Positions 9,051 through 16,628 of a stretch of 64,000 nt of DNA are shown here, piece after piece; within the stretch, counting starts at the first letter, position 1; every line of letters starts with the position of its first letter. A program made the position numbers and the translations under genes. This stretch comes from Candidatus Bathyarchaeia archaeon (GTDB lineage Archaea > Thermoproteota > Bathyarchaeia > Bathyarchaeales > Bathyarchaeaceae), in NCBI GenBank assembly GCA_035283685.1, contig DATETJ010000008.1, forward strand, positions 64,629 to 128,628, in the 5' to 3' direction. Under the pieces are notes generated by a model. The model saw nothing but the letters and a program-made list of their open reading frames with translations. It was not told the DNA's origin and did no database searches.

Positions 9051-10557
9051 CGGCCATTAGGAGTCCTAGTTCGGATTCGCTTGCTTTTTCAGGGTCTTTA
9101 AAAGCTACTATTCGACCTTCGTATATCACTGCGATTCTATCGCTCAAAGCCCATATTTCGTCTAGGTCAGCCGAAATCAGTAAAACCGCGCACCCTTTAT
9201 TGCGCATGTCTACAAGTTTGCCGCGGACGTATTCGGTTGCGCCAATGTCCAAGCCGCGAGTTGGCTGAGAAGCAATAATCAGTTTCGGGTTCCTACTGAA
9301 CTCTCTTGCCAAGACTACTCTCTGTTGGGTTCCGCCTGACAAATGCTGAGCCAGAGTGTCCTTATCGGGCGTTTTTATGGAGAATTCCTCGATCAGTCTT
9401 TTTGCGTAAGTTGAGGCTTCTTCAATGTTGATTACGAAGCTGGTTGCAAAAGGCGGTTTGTCGTGGCTTCCTAGCATCAGGTTCTCCATCACTGAGAAGC
9501 CCATGATCAAGCCTCTCTTCTGTCGATCTTCGGGCACGTAGGAAGTTCCCAGCTCTATCCTTTTGCCCGGAGATGCCTCGGTGATGTCGATTTCGTCCAT
9601 TAGTATTTTCCCTGCTATGGCTTTTCTGAGCCCAGCCAGTGTCTCAACCAGTTCGGTTTGTCCGTTGCCTTCGACTCCCGCGATTCCCAGGATTTCACAT
9701 GCGTAAACATCGAAGTCTATGCCCCTCAACGCGGGGAGACCTCGGTCATCAACAGCTTGAAGGTTTTCAACTTTGAGTACAGCTTTTCTGGTCGGAGGCT
9801 GTTCCTTGTCAAACTTGAAAACAACTTCTCGTCCTACCATCATTCTGGCCAGTTCGCCCAGATTGGTGGCATCCGCCCTAACGGTTCCTACGACTCTGCC
9901 TCTTCTCAGAACTGTAACCCGGTCGCAAATCGCCAGAACCTCTTGAAGTTTATGCGAGATAAAAATGACTGTCTTGCCTTGGTTTTTCAACGCCGAGATT
10001 GCTTTGAAAAGTTCCTGCACTTCCTGAGGTATCAGCACCGAAGTCGGCTCATCCAGAACAAGCACATCGGCGCCTCTGTACAAAGCTTTGAGTATCTCAA
10101 CTCTTTGTTGCACGCCTACAGGTAACGCGTGTGTTGGCGCCTTCAAGTCAACCTCTAGCTTATAGCGGTCGCAGAATTCCTTGACATCGTCGAGTGCTTT
10201 CTTCGTGTCCAGTAATATTCTGTTCTTTGTTGGCTCTCTTCCCAAGATGATGTTCTCTGTTACTGTGAGGCTGGGCACAACCATGAAATGTTGATGGACC
10301 ATGCCTATGCCCAGTTTTAGCGCTGTGCGCGGGCTGTCGATATCGACGTCTTTTCCGTCGACGAGGATTTTTCCTTCATCTGGTTTGTATAGTCCGTATA
10401 GAATGTTCATCAGAACCGTTTTGCCCGCTCCGTTTTCTCCGAGTAATCCGTGGATTTCGCCTTTTTCCACAGTGAAGTCTATCTTGTCGTTCGCTAATAC
10501 GCCTGGGAAAGACTTGGTTATGCCGTGCATTTCAATGGCTGGTGGCACACGTATCAA
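9034..10557 (-). CDS. ABC transporter ATP-binding protein with two fused ATPase domains
   Basis: Walker A is GENGAGKT, the signature-like motif is LSGGTQQRV, and Walker B is VLVLDEPT in domain 1 with a second, degenerate domain. The length of 507 aa is typical of sugar/nucleoside CUT2-type ATPases. Confidence 0.9.
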   Translation of the reverse strand: MIRVPPAIEMHGITKSFPGVLANDKIDFTVEKGEIHGLLGENGAGKTVLMNILYGLYKPDEGKILVDGKDVDIDSPRTALKLGIGMVHQHFMVVPSLTVTENIILGREPTKNRILLDTKKALDDVKEFCDRYKLEVDLKAPTHALPVGVQQRVEILKALYRGADVLVLDEPTSVLIPQEVQELFKAISALKNQGKTVIFISHKLQEVLAICDRVTVLRRGRVVGTVRADATNLGELARMMVGREVVFKFDKEQPPTRKAVLKVENLQAVDDRGLPALRGIDFDVYACEILGIAGVEGNGQTELVETLAGLRKAIAGKILMDEIDITEASPGKRIELGTSYVPEDRQKRGLIMGFSVMENLMLGSHDKPPFATSFVINIEEASTYAKRLIEEFSIKTPDKDTLAQHLSGGTQQRVVLAREFSRNPKLIIASQPTRGLDIGATEYVRGKLVDMRNKGCAVLLISADLDEIWALSDRIAVIYEGRIVAFKDPEKASESELGLLMAGGKPD

Positions 10558-10586
10558 AAAAAGGAAGCGGGGATTTAACCTTTCTA

Positions 10587-11630
10587 TCAGAAGGCGCTCG
10601 GCACCGTGATCTCGCCAGCGATGATTTTGTCTCTGGCCTCGTCCATCTTGTTTATCACTGTTGCTTCAAGAGTTGGGTGTGTGAACCCGAATTTTGCTTC
10701 CCAGAAGCTTTGTTCTTCAGGTAGTCTGCAGGCTCCGACCCATTGTTCCTTTAGTCCTCCGCTTTTGACGCCGCCTTGGAATTTCTTTTCGACAGCTGCC
10801 TTGATCATCTCAAACACTGCAACATCGACTCTCTTGGTCATACTAGCTTTTATTTCTGGATAAAGATAGCACTGATCGGCATCGACTCCAATCCCCAGAA
10901 TATTTCTTTCATGTATTGCTTCCAAGGCGCCTAAGCCGCTTTTGCCTGCTGCAACGAAGATTGCGTCAACTCCTAGGTCAATCAGTCCGATGGCTAGTTC
11001 CTTTCCTTTGGTTGGGTTAGCCCATTCACCGACGAATACAGGCGCTACTACTTCAACGCTGGAGTTTGCCCACTTCGCCCCGGCTTCATATCCCTTGAAG
11101 AAGTCTCTGATGAGAGGTATGTCCATGCCTCCGACAAAACCAACTTTTCCGGTCCTAGTCTTCATTCCAGCAGTTACCCCGACCAAGTAGGAACCCTCGT
11201 TTGCTTTGAACAAGAGCGAAGCTACATTTGACTTGTCTACAACCATGTCTACGATGGTGAAGTTTTGACTTGGGTACTCACCTGCAACTTTGGTCAAAGC
11301 ATCAGCCTGATCAAAGCCTATGCTAACGATGATCACATATTGGCCAGTCTTGGCAAAATCTCTCAGAAAGCCCTCATACTGAGCAATTGCCGTTGGTTCC
11401 ACGTAGTCAAACTCTATTCCCAACTCATCTTTTGCCTTTTGCACGCCTGCATAGGAAATGTCGTTGAACGACTGGTCGCCCAATCCGCCTGTAGCCAAAA
11501 CCAAACCCACTTTTGGCGCAGGTGTAACTGGTGGTCTAGTGACGACGTAGACTGCTACCGCCGCCACTACCAGCACGATTACGATTATCCCCGCGGCCAT
11601 TGCGGTTGATATACCCTTCTTGTTCATCAT
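10587..11630 (-). CDS. BMP-family ABC substrate-binding protein (membrane anchored)
   Basis: VGLVLATGGLGDQSFNDISYAGVQKAKDELG and the overall sequence match basic-membrane-protein/PnrA-like binding proteins. I prefer the ATGATG start at 11630 (preceded by GGAGGAC) over the GTG at 11696. An N-terminal TM anchor is present. Confidence 0.85.
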   Translation of the reverse strand: MMNKKGISTAMAAGIIVIVLVVAAVAVYVVTRPPVTPAPKVGLVLATGGLGDQSFNDISYAGVQKAKDELGIEFDYVEPTAIAQYEGFLRDFAKTGQYVIIVSIGFDQADALTKVAGEYPSQNFTIVDMVVDKSNVASLLFKANEGSYLVGVTAGMKTRTGKVGFVGGMDIPLIRDFFKGYEAGAKWANSSVEVVAPVFVGEWANPTKGKELAIGLIDLGVDAIFVAAGKSGLGALEAIHERNILGIGVDADQCYLYPEIKASMTKRVDVAVFEMIKAAVEKKFQGGVKSGGLKEQWVGACRLPEEQSFWEAKFGFTHPTLEATVINKMDEARDKIIAGEITVPSAF

Positions 11631-11813
11631 TTTGTCCTCCACACTCGCGTACGAGAGTATGGTTGTATGCTGCGTTTCCCGTTTTAAGCCTTTCACAAAC
11701 CACGTCGAAGCATCAGATCATGGGTTTCCAGCGATCTGGATGATGATGTCACTAGGAACAGTCTGACGACGACGCCCACACAACCTTCAGCCGCAAAGCA
11801 CGCTTCACATTGT

Positions 11814-12048
11814 AGAAGAAGGCTAAAGGGAATTGCCCCCTTCTTCTTTTGAAATTTCTCTTTCCGCAGAGCTCGTCAACATGCGCAAACGTCACGCTTG
11901 GCAACATGAAACGTCACGCATGCCAACATTGAACGTCACGCTAAAACACGAGTAAACAGCGCCAGAAACACCATACAAAACCAGCAACAGAACCCGAAAC
12001 GCAAACAGAAAACTGGAACTTTCACCGCAAAATTTTTTTCTGCACTCA
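11814..12048. repeat. left arm of ~235-bp imperfect inverted repeat (contains 3 phased iterons)
   Basis: The reverse complement of 15921-16157 aligns by eye. The outer hairpin is GAAGAAGG..CCTTCTTC. Three direct repeats CAACAT(G)..AACGTCACGC end at 11897, 11919 and 11941, a 22-bp period. The inner end AAAATTTTTTTCTGCACTCA is nearly identical to the other arm. Confidence 0.8.
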
Positions 12049-12080
12049 TACTAGCCCTCTCTCAGCCTAGCCCAAATAAC

Positions 12081-12088
12081 TTTTATAA
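12081..12088 (+). promoter_or_regulatory. candidate TATA box of the rps19e operon
   Basis: TTTTATAA is preceded by A-rich BRE-like sequence and lies ~57 nt upstream of the TTG start at 12145. Confidence 0.4.
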
Positions 12089-12144
12089 GACGCCCATTGC
12101 AATAACACAGCGAAACATACCCAAAACCGGAGCCAAAAAACAAT

Positions 12145-12603
12145 TTGCCCACACCCTACGACATACCAGCGCCACTCTACATACAACACCTAGCCAAATA
12201 CATAAAAGACAACATAGACCAAGTCACCCCCCAACCATGGACAACCACAGCCAAAACCAGCAGCCACACAAGCCGACAACCAGAAGACCCAGACTGGTGG
12301 TTCACCCGAGCCGCATCCATCCTACGCAAAACATACATACACGGACCAGTAGGCATTGAACAACTACGCGCCGACTACGGCGGACGCCACAGAAAAGGCT
12401 CCATCAGAGAACACGTCAGAAAAGGCAGCGGAGCCAACATCAGAAAAATCCTACAACAACTCGAAACAGCAGGCCTAATCGAAACCACAAAAAACAAAGG
12501 AAGAACCATAACCAGCCAAGGCAGACGAACACTAGACAAACTCGCAGCCGACATAAAAGAGCAACTGGAAAAAACCCAACCAGAACTCAAGAAATACCCC
12601 TAA
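12145..12603 (+). CDS. rps19e: 30S ribosomal protein eS19
   Basis: PTPYDIPAPLYIQHLAKYIK...WWFTRAASILRKTYIHGPVGIEQLRADYGG...IRKILQQLETAGLIE is a typical S19e. It is the first gene of the conserved archaeal cluster. The start is TTG. Confidence 0.9.
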   Translation: MPTPYDIPAPLYIQHLAKYIKDNIDQVTPQPWTTTAKTSSHTSRQPEDPDWWFTRAASILRKTYIHGPVGIEQLRADYGGRHRKGSIREHVRKGSGANIRKILQQLETAGLIETTKNKGRTITSQGRRTLDKLAADIKEQLEKTQPELKKYP

Positions 12604-12623
12604 CAAACGGATGAAAAAAGTCA

Positions 12624-12968
12624 TTGAGCGAAGACGAAATCGAGGAGCCAGAGCTCGAAGACATACGCCGACGCCGAATGCAAGAGCTACAGCAAAGACT
12701 AGGCCAAGAACAACAGCAAACACGAGCCCAACAACAGCTGGAAATGCAAAAGCAAGCCATAATCCGACGCATATTAACGCCCGAAGCTCGACAACGCCTA
12801 ACCAACCTCAAAATGGTGAAGCCCGAATTCGCCAACGCGTTGGAACTACAACTCATTCAGCTAGCACAAGGCGGAAGAGTGAAAACACCAATCACAGATG
12901 AACAGCTAAAAGAGATACTCGTACGATTGCAAGGGCAACGACGAGAAATCAAAATAACAAGGCGATAA
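12624..12968 (+). CDS. PDCD5/TFAR19-family DNA-binding protein
   Basis: [37 protein letters not shown]...[10 protein letters not shown] matches the dsDNA-binding PDCD5-like family. That family always follows rps19e in archaea. The start is TTG. Confidence 0.85.
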   Translation: MSEDEIEEPELEDIRRRRMQELQQRLGQEQQQTRAQQQLEMQKQAIIRRILTPEARQRLTNLKMVKPEFANALELQLIQLAQGGRVKTPITDEQLKEILVRLQGQRREIKITRR

Positions 12969-12975
12969 AGAAACC

Positions 12976-13131
12976 ATGGCACGAAACAAGCCAACAGCCA
13001 AAAAACGTCGATTAGCTAAAGTTGGGAAGCAGAGAAAAGCGGTTCCAACATGGGTCATGGCTAAGACTCGAGGTAGAGTGCGAACCAACCCGAAAAGGGG
13101 GCATTGGACACGGTCGAAGATAAAGCCGTAG
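12976..13131 (+). CDS. rpl39e: 50S ribosomal protein eL39
   Basis: This gene is below the ORF-track size cut-off. Hand translation from ATG 12976 gives [51 protein letters not shown] (51 aa), with stop TAG at 13129-13131. That is a typical L39e in the expected operon position. Confidence 0.85.
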   Translation: MARNKPTAKKRRLAKVGKQRKAVPTWVMAKTRGRVRTNPKRGHWTRSKIKP

Positions 13132-13640
13132 ATGAACAGCCAACAGAAGAAGCTGAAAAGCCTGAAGAAGGCGTTGAAGAAGAATTAGTCGAAGAAGCAC
13201 AGCCCACGGAAGAAACTGAAGCAGAAGAAAAGAAAGAGGAACCCAAAGCTGAAGAAGCCGAGGAAGAAGAGCCTGAAGCTCTAGCTCCCGAAGAAGAGGA
13301 AAAAGAAAAGAAAGAAAAACGCGAAAAGACGCCCGAGGAAGAGGAAATCGTTGAAGAAAGAATCTACACGATCCCTCTGCGCCGAGCTTGGATTTCTCCA
13401 AGAAAAAAACGGGCGCCAAGAGCCATACGCATAGTCAGAAGTTTTATCCAACGTCACATGAAAGTTGAAACTGGAGTTAAGGCTGAAGAAGAGGAAGAAG
13501 AAGGGCGGTTAGTCATCAGCAACGAAGTGAACGAGAAACTGTGGAGCCGCGGCATTGAGAAACCGCCTAGAAACATCCGAGTGCGAGCTGTCAAAGACAA
13601 AGAAGGCGTGGTTACGCTTTATTTGGCTGAAGGAGATTAA
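13104..13640 (+). CDS. rpl31e: 50S ribosomal protein eL31 with long acidic N-terminal extension
   Basis: The core [36 protein letters not shown]...[21 protein letters not shown] matches L31e. The only in-frame start codon upstream of the core is TTG 13104, so ~85 E/K-rich residues precede the core. Confidence 0.75.
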   Translation: MDTVEDKAVDEQPTEEAEKPEEGVEEELVEEAQPTEETEAEEKKEEPKAEEAEEEEPEALAPEEEEKEKKEKREKTPEEEEIVEERIYTIPLRRAWISPRKKRAPRAIRIVRSFIQRHMKVETGVKAEEEEEEGRLVISNEVNEKLWSRGIEKPPRNIRVRAVKDKEGVVTLYLAEGD

Positions 13641-13642
13641 CT

Positions 13643-14323
13643 GTGGCCATTGACCTGATAGGTTTGTTTGGCAGCGCAAGCATAGGAGTATACTCGCTCA
13701 CAACCGAGAAAATGACCATCGTGCCACCTCTCGTTTCTAAAACTAAAGCCAGTCGACTCGAGGAATGCCTCAAGACCAAGGTTATCAGGACTACGATCGG
13801 CAAGTCTGCTTTGATAGGTGCTTTGGCAAGTGCCAATTCAAACGGCGTAGTGCTTCCGCATTATGTTGACGACAAGGAGGTAGACGCCATAAGGTCGACG
13901 GTGCCCGAGGTTAATGTTACAGTAATGGAGACTAAGCGAACTGCTTACGGTAACATGGTGCTGGCAAACGATAAAGGCGCCATAGCTGACCCTAGGTTGA
14001 AGGAAGTGGATTTGGCGAACATTTCTGATGCATTTGGCGTCGAAGTTGTTTCCGGTGAGATTGCAGGTCTGCCCTACGTTGGCTCGTTGGCAACCGTAAC
14101 AAATAAGGGCGTGCTCGCGCATCCGTTGCTGAAAGAAGAAGAACAAAGGCGACTAAAGGAAGTGTTGAAGGTGCCGATCGATTTGGGCACGATCAATTGT
14201 GGAATCCCGTATGTGGGCACTGGACTAATAGCGAACAGTCATGGCGCAGTTGCGGGATTTGGGACAACTGGCCCAGAGCTCTTTATTATTGGTCAAGCGT
14301 TGGACGTGGTGAAAGTGGAATGA
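13643..14323 (+). CDS. eif6: translation initiation factor 6 (aIF6)
   Basis: The protein has 226 aa with the pentein repeat pattern (GSASIGVYSLTTEK..., NSNGVVLPHYV, LANDKGAIADPRL, VTNKGVLAHPLL, IANSHGAVAG). The start is GTG. Confidence 0.9.
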   Translation: MAIDLIGLFGSASIGVYSLTTEKMTIVPPLVSKTKASRLEECLKTKVIRTTIGKSALIGALASANSNGVVLPHYVDDKEVDAIRSTVPEVNVTVMETKRTAYGNMVLANDKGAIADPRLKEVDLANISDAFGVEVVSGEIAGLPYVGSLATVTNKGVLAHPLLKEEEQRRLKEVLKVPIDLGTINCGIPYVGTGLIANSHGAVAGFGTTGPELFIIGQALDVVKVE

Positions 14324-14571
14324 GTGAAGTTAAAGTGTTCCGGGTTGTGGGCAAGATCACGAAGCCAAATTACAAGACGGATTTTCGAAAAGAGATTCGT
14401 GCCTTGAAGCCTGAAGAAGCGGTTGAAAGAGTTTACATGGAAATTGGTAGCAAACACAGAGCTAAACGAGTTCATATCAAAGTGTTGAAGGTTGAAGAGA
14501 TCAGTGCTGAGGAAGTTACGGACGCAAGTGTTAGAAAGTTGATTTTGGGAGAAAATGAAAGTGTCCAGTAG
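14320..14571 (+). CDS. rplX: 50S ribosomal protein LX (eL20/L18Ae family)
   Basis: MSEVKVFRVVGKITKPNYKTDFRKEIRALKPEEAVERVYMEIGSKHRAKRVHIKV is a typical LX. Its ATG overlaps the aIF6 stop as ATGA. The ORF-track start at 14197 lies inside eif6 and is unlikely. Confidence 0.8.
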   Translation: MSEVKVFRVVGKITKPNYKTDFRKEIRALKPEEAVERVYMEIGSKHRAKRVHIKVLKVEEISAEEVTDASVRKLILGENESVQ

Positions 14572-15028
14572 TGATAGGGAAGCTTTCAGGTCGCTGTCGG
14601 TTGAGCTTCAGATTTTGGAGGGGACTGCTGAGACGTTGCAGGCGAGGCTTAACTTGGTTAATGCTGCTTTGACCGAGTTGAATATTGCGAGAATGACGTT
14701 GGAAGGCGTTGAGAACGAATCATCCGAAGCGCCTCTGTTTGTCCCCATCGGTGGAGGTTCTTTCATCAAGGCGAAGTTGGAGAGCAATGACAAGGTTGTT
14801 GTGGGCACGGGTGCTGGAGTGTCTATTGAGCGTACGGTTGCTGAGGCTAAGCAGACGCTTCAGAGTCGGATAGCTGAGTTGGAGAAGAGCCGGACTGCTA
14901 TTCAGCAGCAGTTCATGCAGGTTGTGGGCAGGATTCAAGAGAATAGGGAGAAGCTTCAGGATTTGTCTGTCAGACTGAGTCAGGCTGGGAGAAGGGCAAG
15001 TGTTCCAGAAACTGAGAGCCGGCCTTAA
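14555..15028 (+). CDS. pfdA: prefoldin subunit alpha
   Basis: Two coiled-coil arms flank the hairpin region LFVPIGGGSFIKAKLESNDKVVVGTGAGVSIE. The gene is in its conserved position before ftsY. Confidence 0.85.
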   Translation: MKVSSSDREAFRSLSVELQILEGTAETLQARLNLVNAALTELNIARMTLEGVENESSEAPLFVPIGGGSFIKAKLESNDKVVVGTGAGVSIERTVAEAKQTLQSRIAELEKSRTAIQQQFMQVVGRIQENREKLQDLSVRLSQAGRRASVPETESRP

Positions 15029-15905
15029 AGGGTTAGTTGAGAAGGTTGCTACAACCCAGCTGAAGGCTGAGCAGATTCGTCCTGTTTTGCAGGATTTCAA
15101 GTTAGAGCTTATCGAGAATGATGTGGCTTTTTCGGTTGCGGATCATTTAGGGGCTGAAATGGAGAAGCGGTTGGATGGTGTGCAGGTTAAGAGGCTTGAG
15201 GACAGGAAACAGGTGGTTAGGGATAACCTGCGGTCTGTGTTGCTTGGGATTTTGACTCCGAGCGAGAAGATCGACTTTCTGGAGTTGGCTGAGAGGAAGC
15301 GTGGGTTGAAGGAGCCTTTTGTTGTTGTTTTTGTCGGTATTAATGGCACGGGTAAGACTACGAGTATTGCGAAAGTGGCTAAGCTTTTGATGAGGCGTGG
15401 GTTTAGTGTGGTTTTGGCTTGTGCGGATACTTATCGGGCTGGTTCGATTGAGCAGTTGGAGGAGCATGCTCGCCGGTTGGGTGTGCGTATGATTAAGCAT
15501 GGGTATGGCAGTGATCCGGCTGCGGTGGCTTTTGATGCGATTAGTCATGCTCGGGCTCATGGGATTAATGTGGTTTTGATTGATACGGCGGGGCGGATTC
15601 AGACTGATCGGAATTTGATGGCGGAGTTGGGTAAGGTTAAGCGTGTGGTTAAGCCTGATTTGACTGTGCTTACGGTTGATTCGTTGACGGGTAATGACGC
15701 TGTTATGCAGGCTGAGGAGTTTCATAAGAGTGTGGGTATTGATGCTACTATTTTGACTAAGACGGATGCGGATGTTAAGGGTGGGTCAGCGCTTAGTGTA
15801 ACCTATGTGACTAAGAAGCCTGTTTTGTTCATTGGTACGGGTCAACGGTATGATGATTTGGAGGAGTTTAAGCCTGAACGCTTCACGGATATGATACTCA
15901 AGTAA
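15000..15905 (+). CDS. ftsY: signal recognition particle receptor FtsY
   Basis: The N-terminus is MFQKLRAGLKGLVEKV. The NG domain carries GINGTGKTT, DTAGR and TKTDAD GTPase motifs. The GTG start overlaps the end of pfdA. Confidence 0.9.
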   Translation: MFQKLRAGLKGLVEKVATTQLKAEQIRPVLQDFKLELIENDVAFSVADHLGAEMEKRLDGVQVKRLEDRKQVVRDNLRSVLLGILTPSEKIDFLELAERKRGLKEPFVVVFVGINGTGKTTSIAKVAKLLMRRGFSVVLACADTYRAGSIEQLEEHARRLGVRMIKHGYGSDPAAVAFDAISHARAHGINVVLIDTAGRIQTDRNLMAELGKVKRVVKPDLTVLTVDSLTGNDAVMQAEEFHKSVGIDATILTKTDADVKGGSALSVTYVTKKPVLFIGTGQRYDDLEEFKPERFTDMILK

Positions 15906-15920
15906 ACTGATAGATGTACG

Positions 15921-16157
15921 TTGAGTGCAGAAAAAAATTTTTAGGAGTGAAGTTTTGAGTTTCTGTTTGCGTTCTGAGCTCTGTTTCCGTTTCTATATGG
16001 TGTTTCGGGGTCTGTTTTTGCGGTTTTTGGGTGCGCTTCTATGTTGGTTAGCGTGACGTTCTATGTTGGCATGCGTGACGATTGAACATGTTGACTGTGC
16101 TCTGAGGGAAAAGAGATTTCAGAAGAAGAAGACAACTGACCCCTTACGCCTTCTTCT
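15921..16157. repeat. right arm of ~235-bp imperfect inverted repeat
   Basis: This arm is the reverse complement of 11814-12048. GCGTGACG iterons start at 16050 and 16072, with a degenerate copy at ~16028, again a 22-bp period. The outer hairpin is GAAGAAG..CTTCTTC. Confidence 0.8.
15934..15941 (+). terminator. oligo-T tract after ftsY (candidate archaeal terminator)
   Basis: AAATTTTT lies ~30 nt after the ftsY stop, inside the inner end of the right repeat arm. Confidence 0.35.
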
Positions 16158-16212
16158 GCTGATGTGATGTCGAGTTTGCTTCCCTGTTCTTAGGAGGCTT
16201 CTCCGAGTATTG

Positions 16213-16470
16213 TCAGATTTTTGCATGTGTTCTTTCGCGTGAGTATGAGATTAGTTGGTTTTGTTTGTCTAGTTCCATGGTGAAGACTGTGGAGCGTGTG
16301 CGTCCCAGTCGGGAGCGTGTTTGGAAAATGCCGTGGAGGAGTACGCGGTCTTGTTCTTTCTTCATTTCGTCAAAATCAACTGTGCAGACACTGTCGCCGT
16401 GGACGGCGCAGAGGATTTTCAAGACAACGTCTTTGATTTTTCCTGCTTCTTCGTATGGTTCCGCTGTCAA
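16213..16470 (-). CDS. hypothetical small protein (85 aa)
   Basis: This is an ORF only, and I recognise no motif. It is followed on its strand by the hairpin plus T-rich outer end of the right repeat arm. Confidence 0.35.
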   Translation of the reverse strand: MTAEPYEEAGKIKDVVLKILCAVHGDSVCTVDFDEMKKEQDRVLLHGIFQTRSRLGRTRSTVFTMELDKQNQLISYSRERTHAKI

Positions 16471-16628
16471 GACTTTTTAGCCTCTGTTGTTCTAGCATGC
16501 AATTCTCTGCAAGTCCACATAAGAGTTGTTGCTGTGAAGCTGGATTAAGCATAAATGTGCAGTTGAAGAAACAGAAGCATGAAGACCCTTAAGGTTGGGC
16601 TTGCAGCAAGTAAGGATAGGAAAGGTGA

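Noticed and set aside
11738-11775. C/D-box sRNA candidates (GGATGATGATG...CTGA here, and ATGATGA...CTGA at 38254-38320)
   Set aside because: Only one C-like and one D-like box is present in each case. There are no C' or D' boxes at the proper 12-nt guide spacing and no terminal stem. The matches are too short to be meaningful.
12532-13419. Several overlapping ORFs (12532-12723, 12587-12856, 12611-12901, 13012-13419, 13061-13246) in and antisense to the ribosomal genes
   Set aside because: The region is so T/G-poor on the plus strand that stop codons are rare in several frames. The translations are low-complexity (R/S/C or T/P/N runs), while the annotated frames give textbook eS19, PDCD5, eL39 and eL31 sequences.
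15147-15725. 192-aa minus-strand ORF antisense to ftsY
   Set aside because: It is an artefact of the G+T-rich coding strand, because the antisense strand is A/C rich and lacks stops. Its translation is a P/N/T/H/Q-rich nonsense sequence, whereas FtsY motifs in the sense frame are unambiguous.
11814-16157. Interpreting the inverted repeats as ends of a Tn7/Mu-like transposon or as a bona fide oriC
   Set aside because: No transposase, integrase or orc1/cdc6 gene is in or next to the segment. No target-site duplication or canonical ORB/G-string sequence is seen. The cargo is a universally conserved core operon. I keep these only as hypotheses inside the findings and do not annotate them as features.
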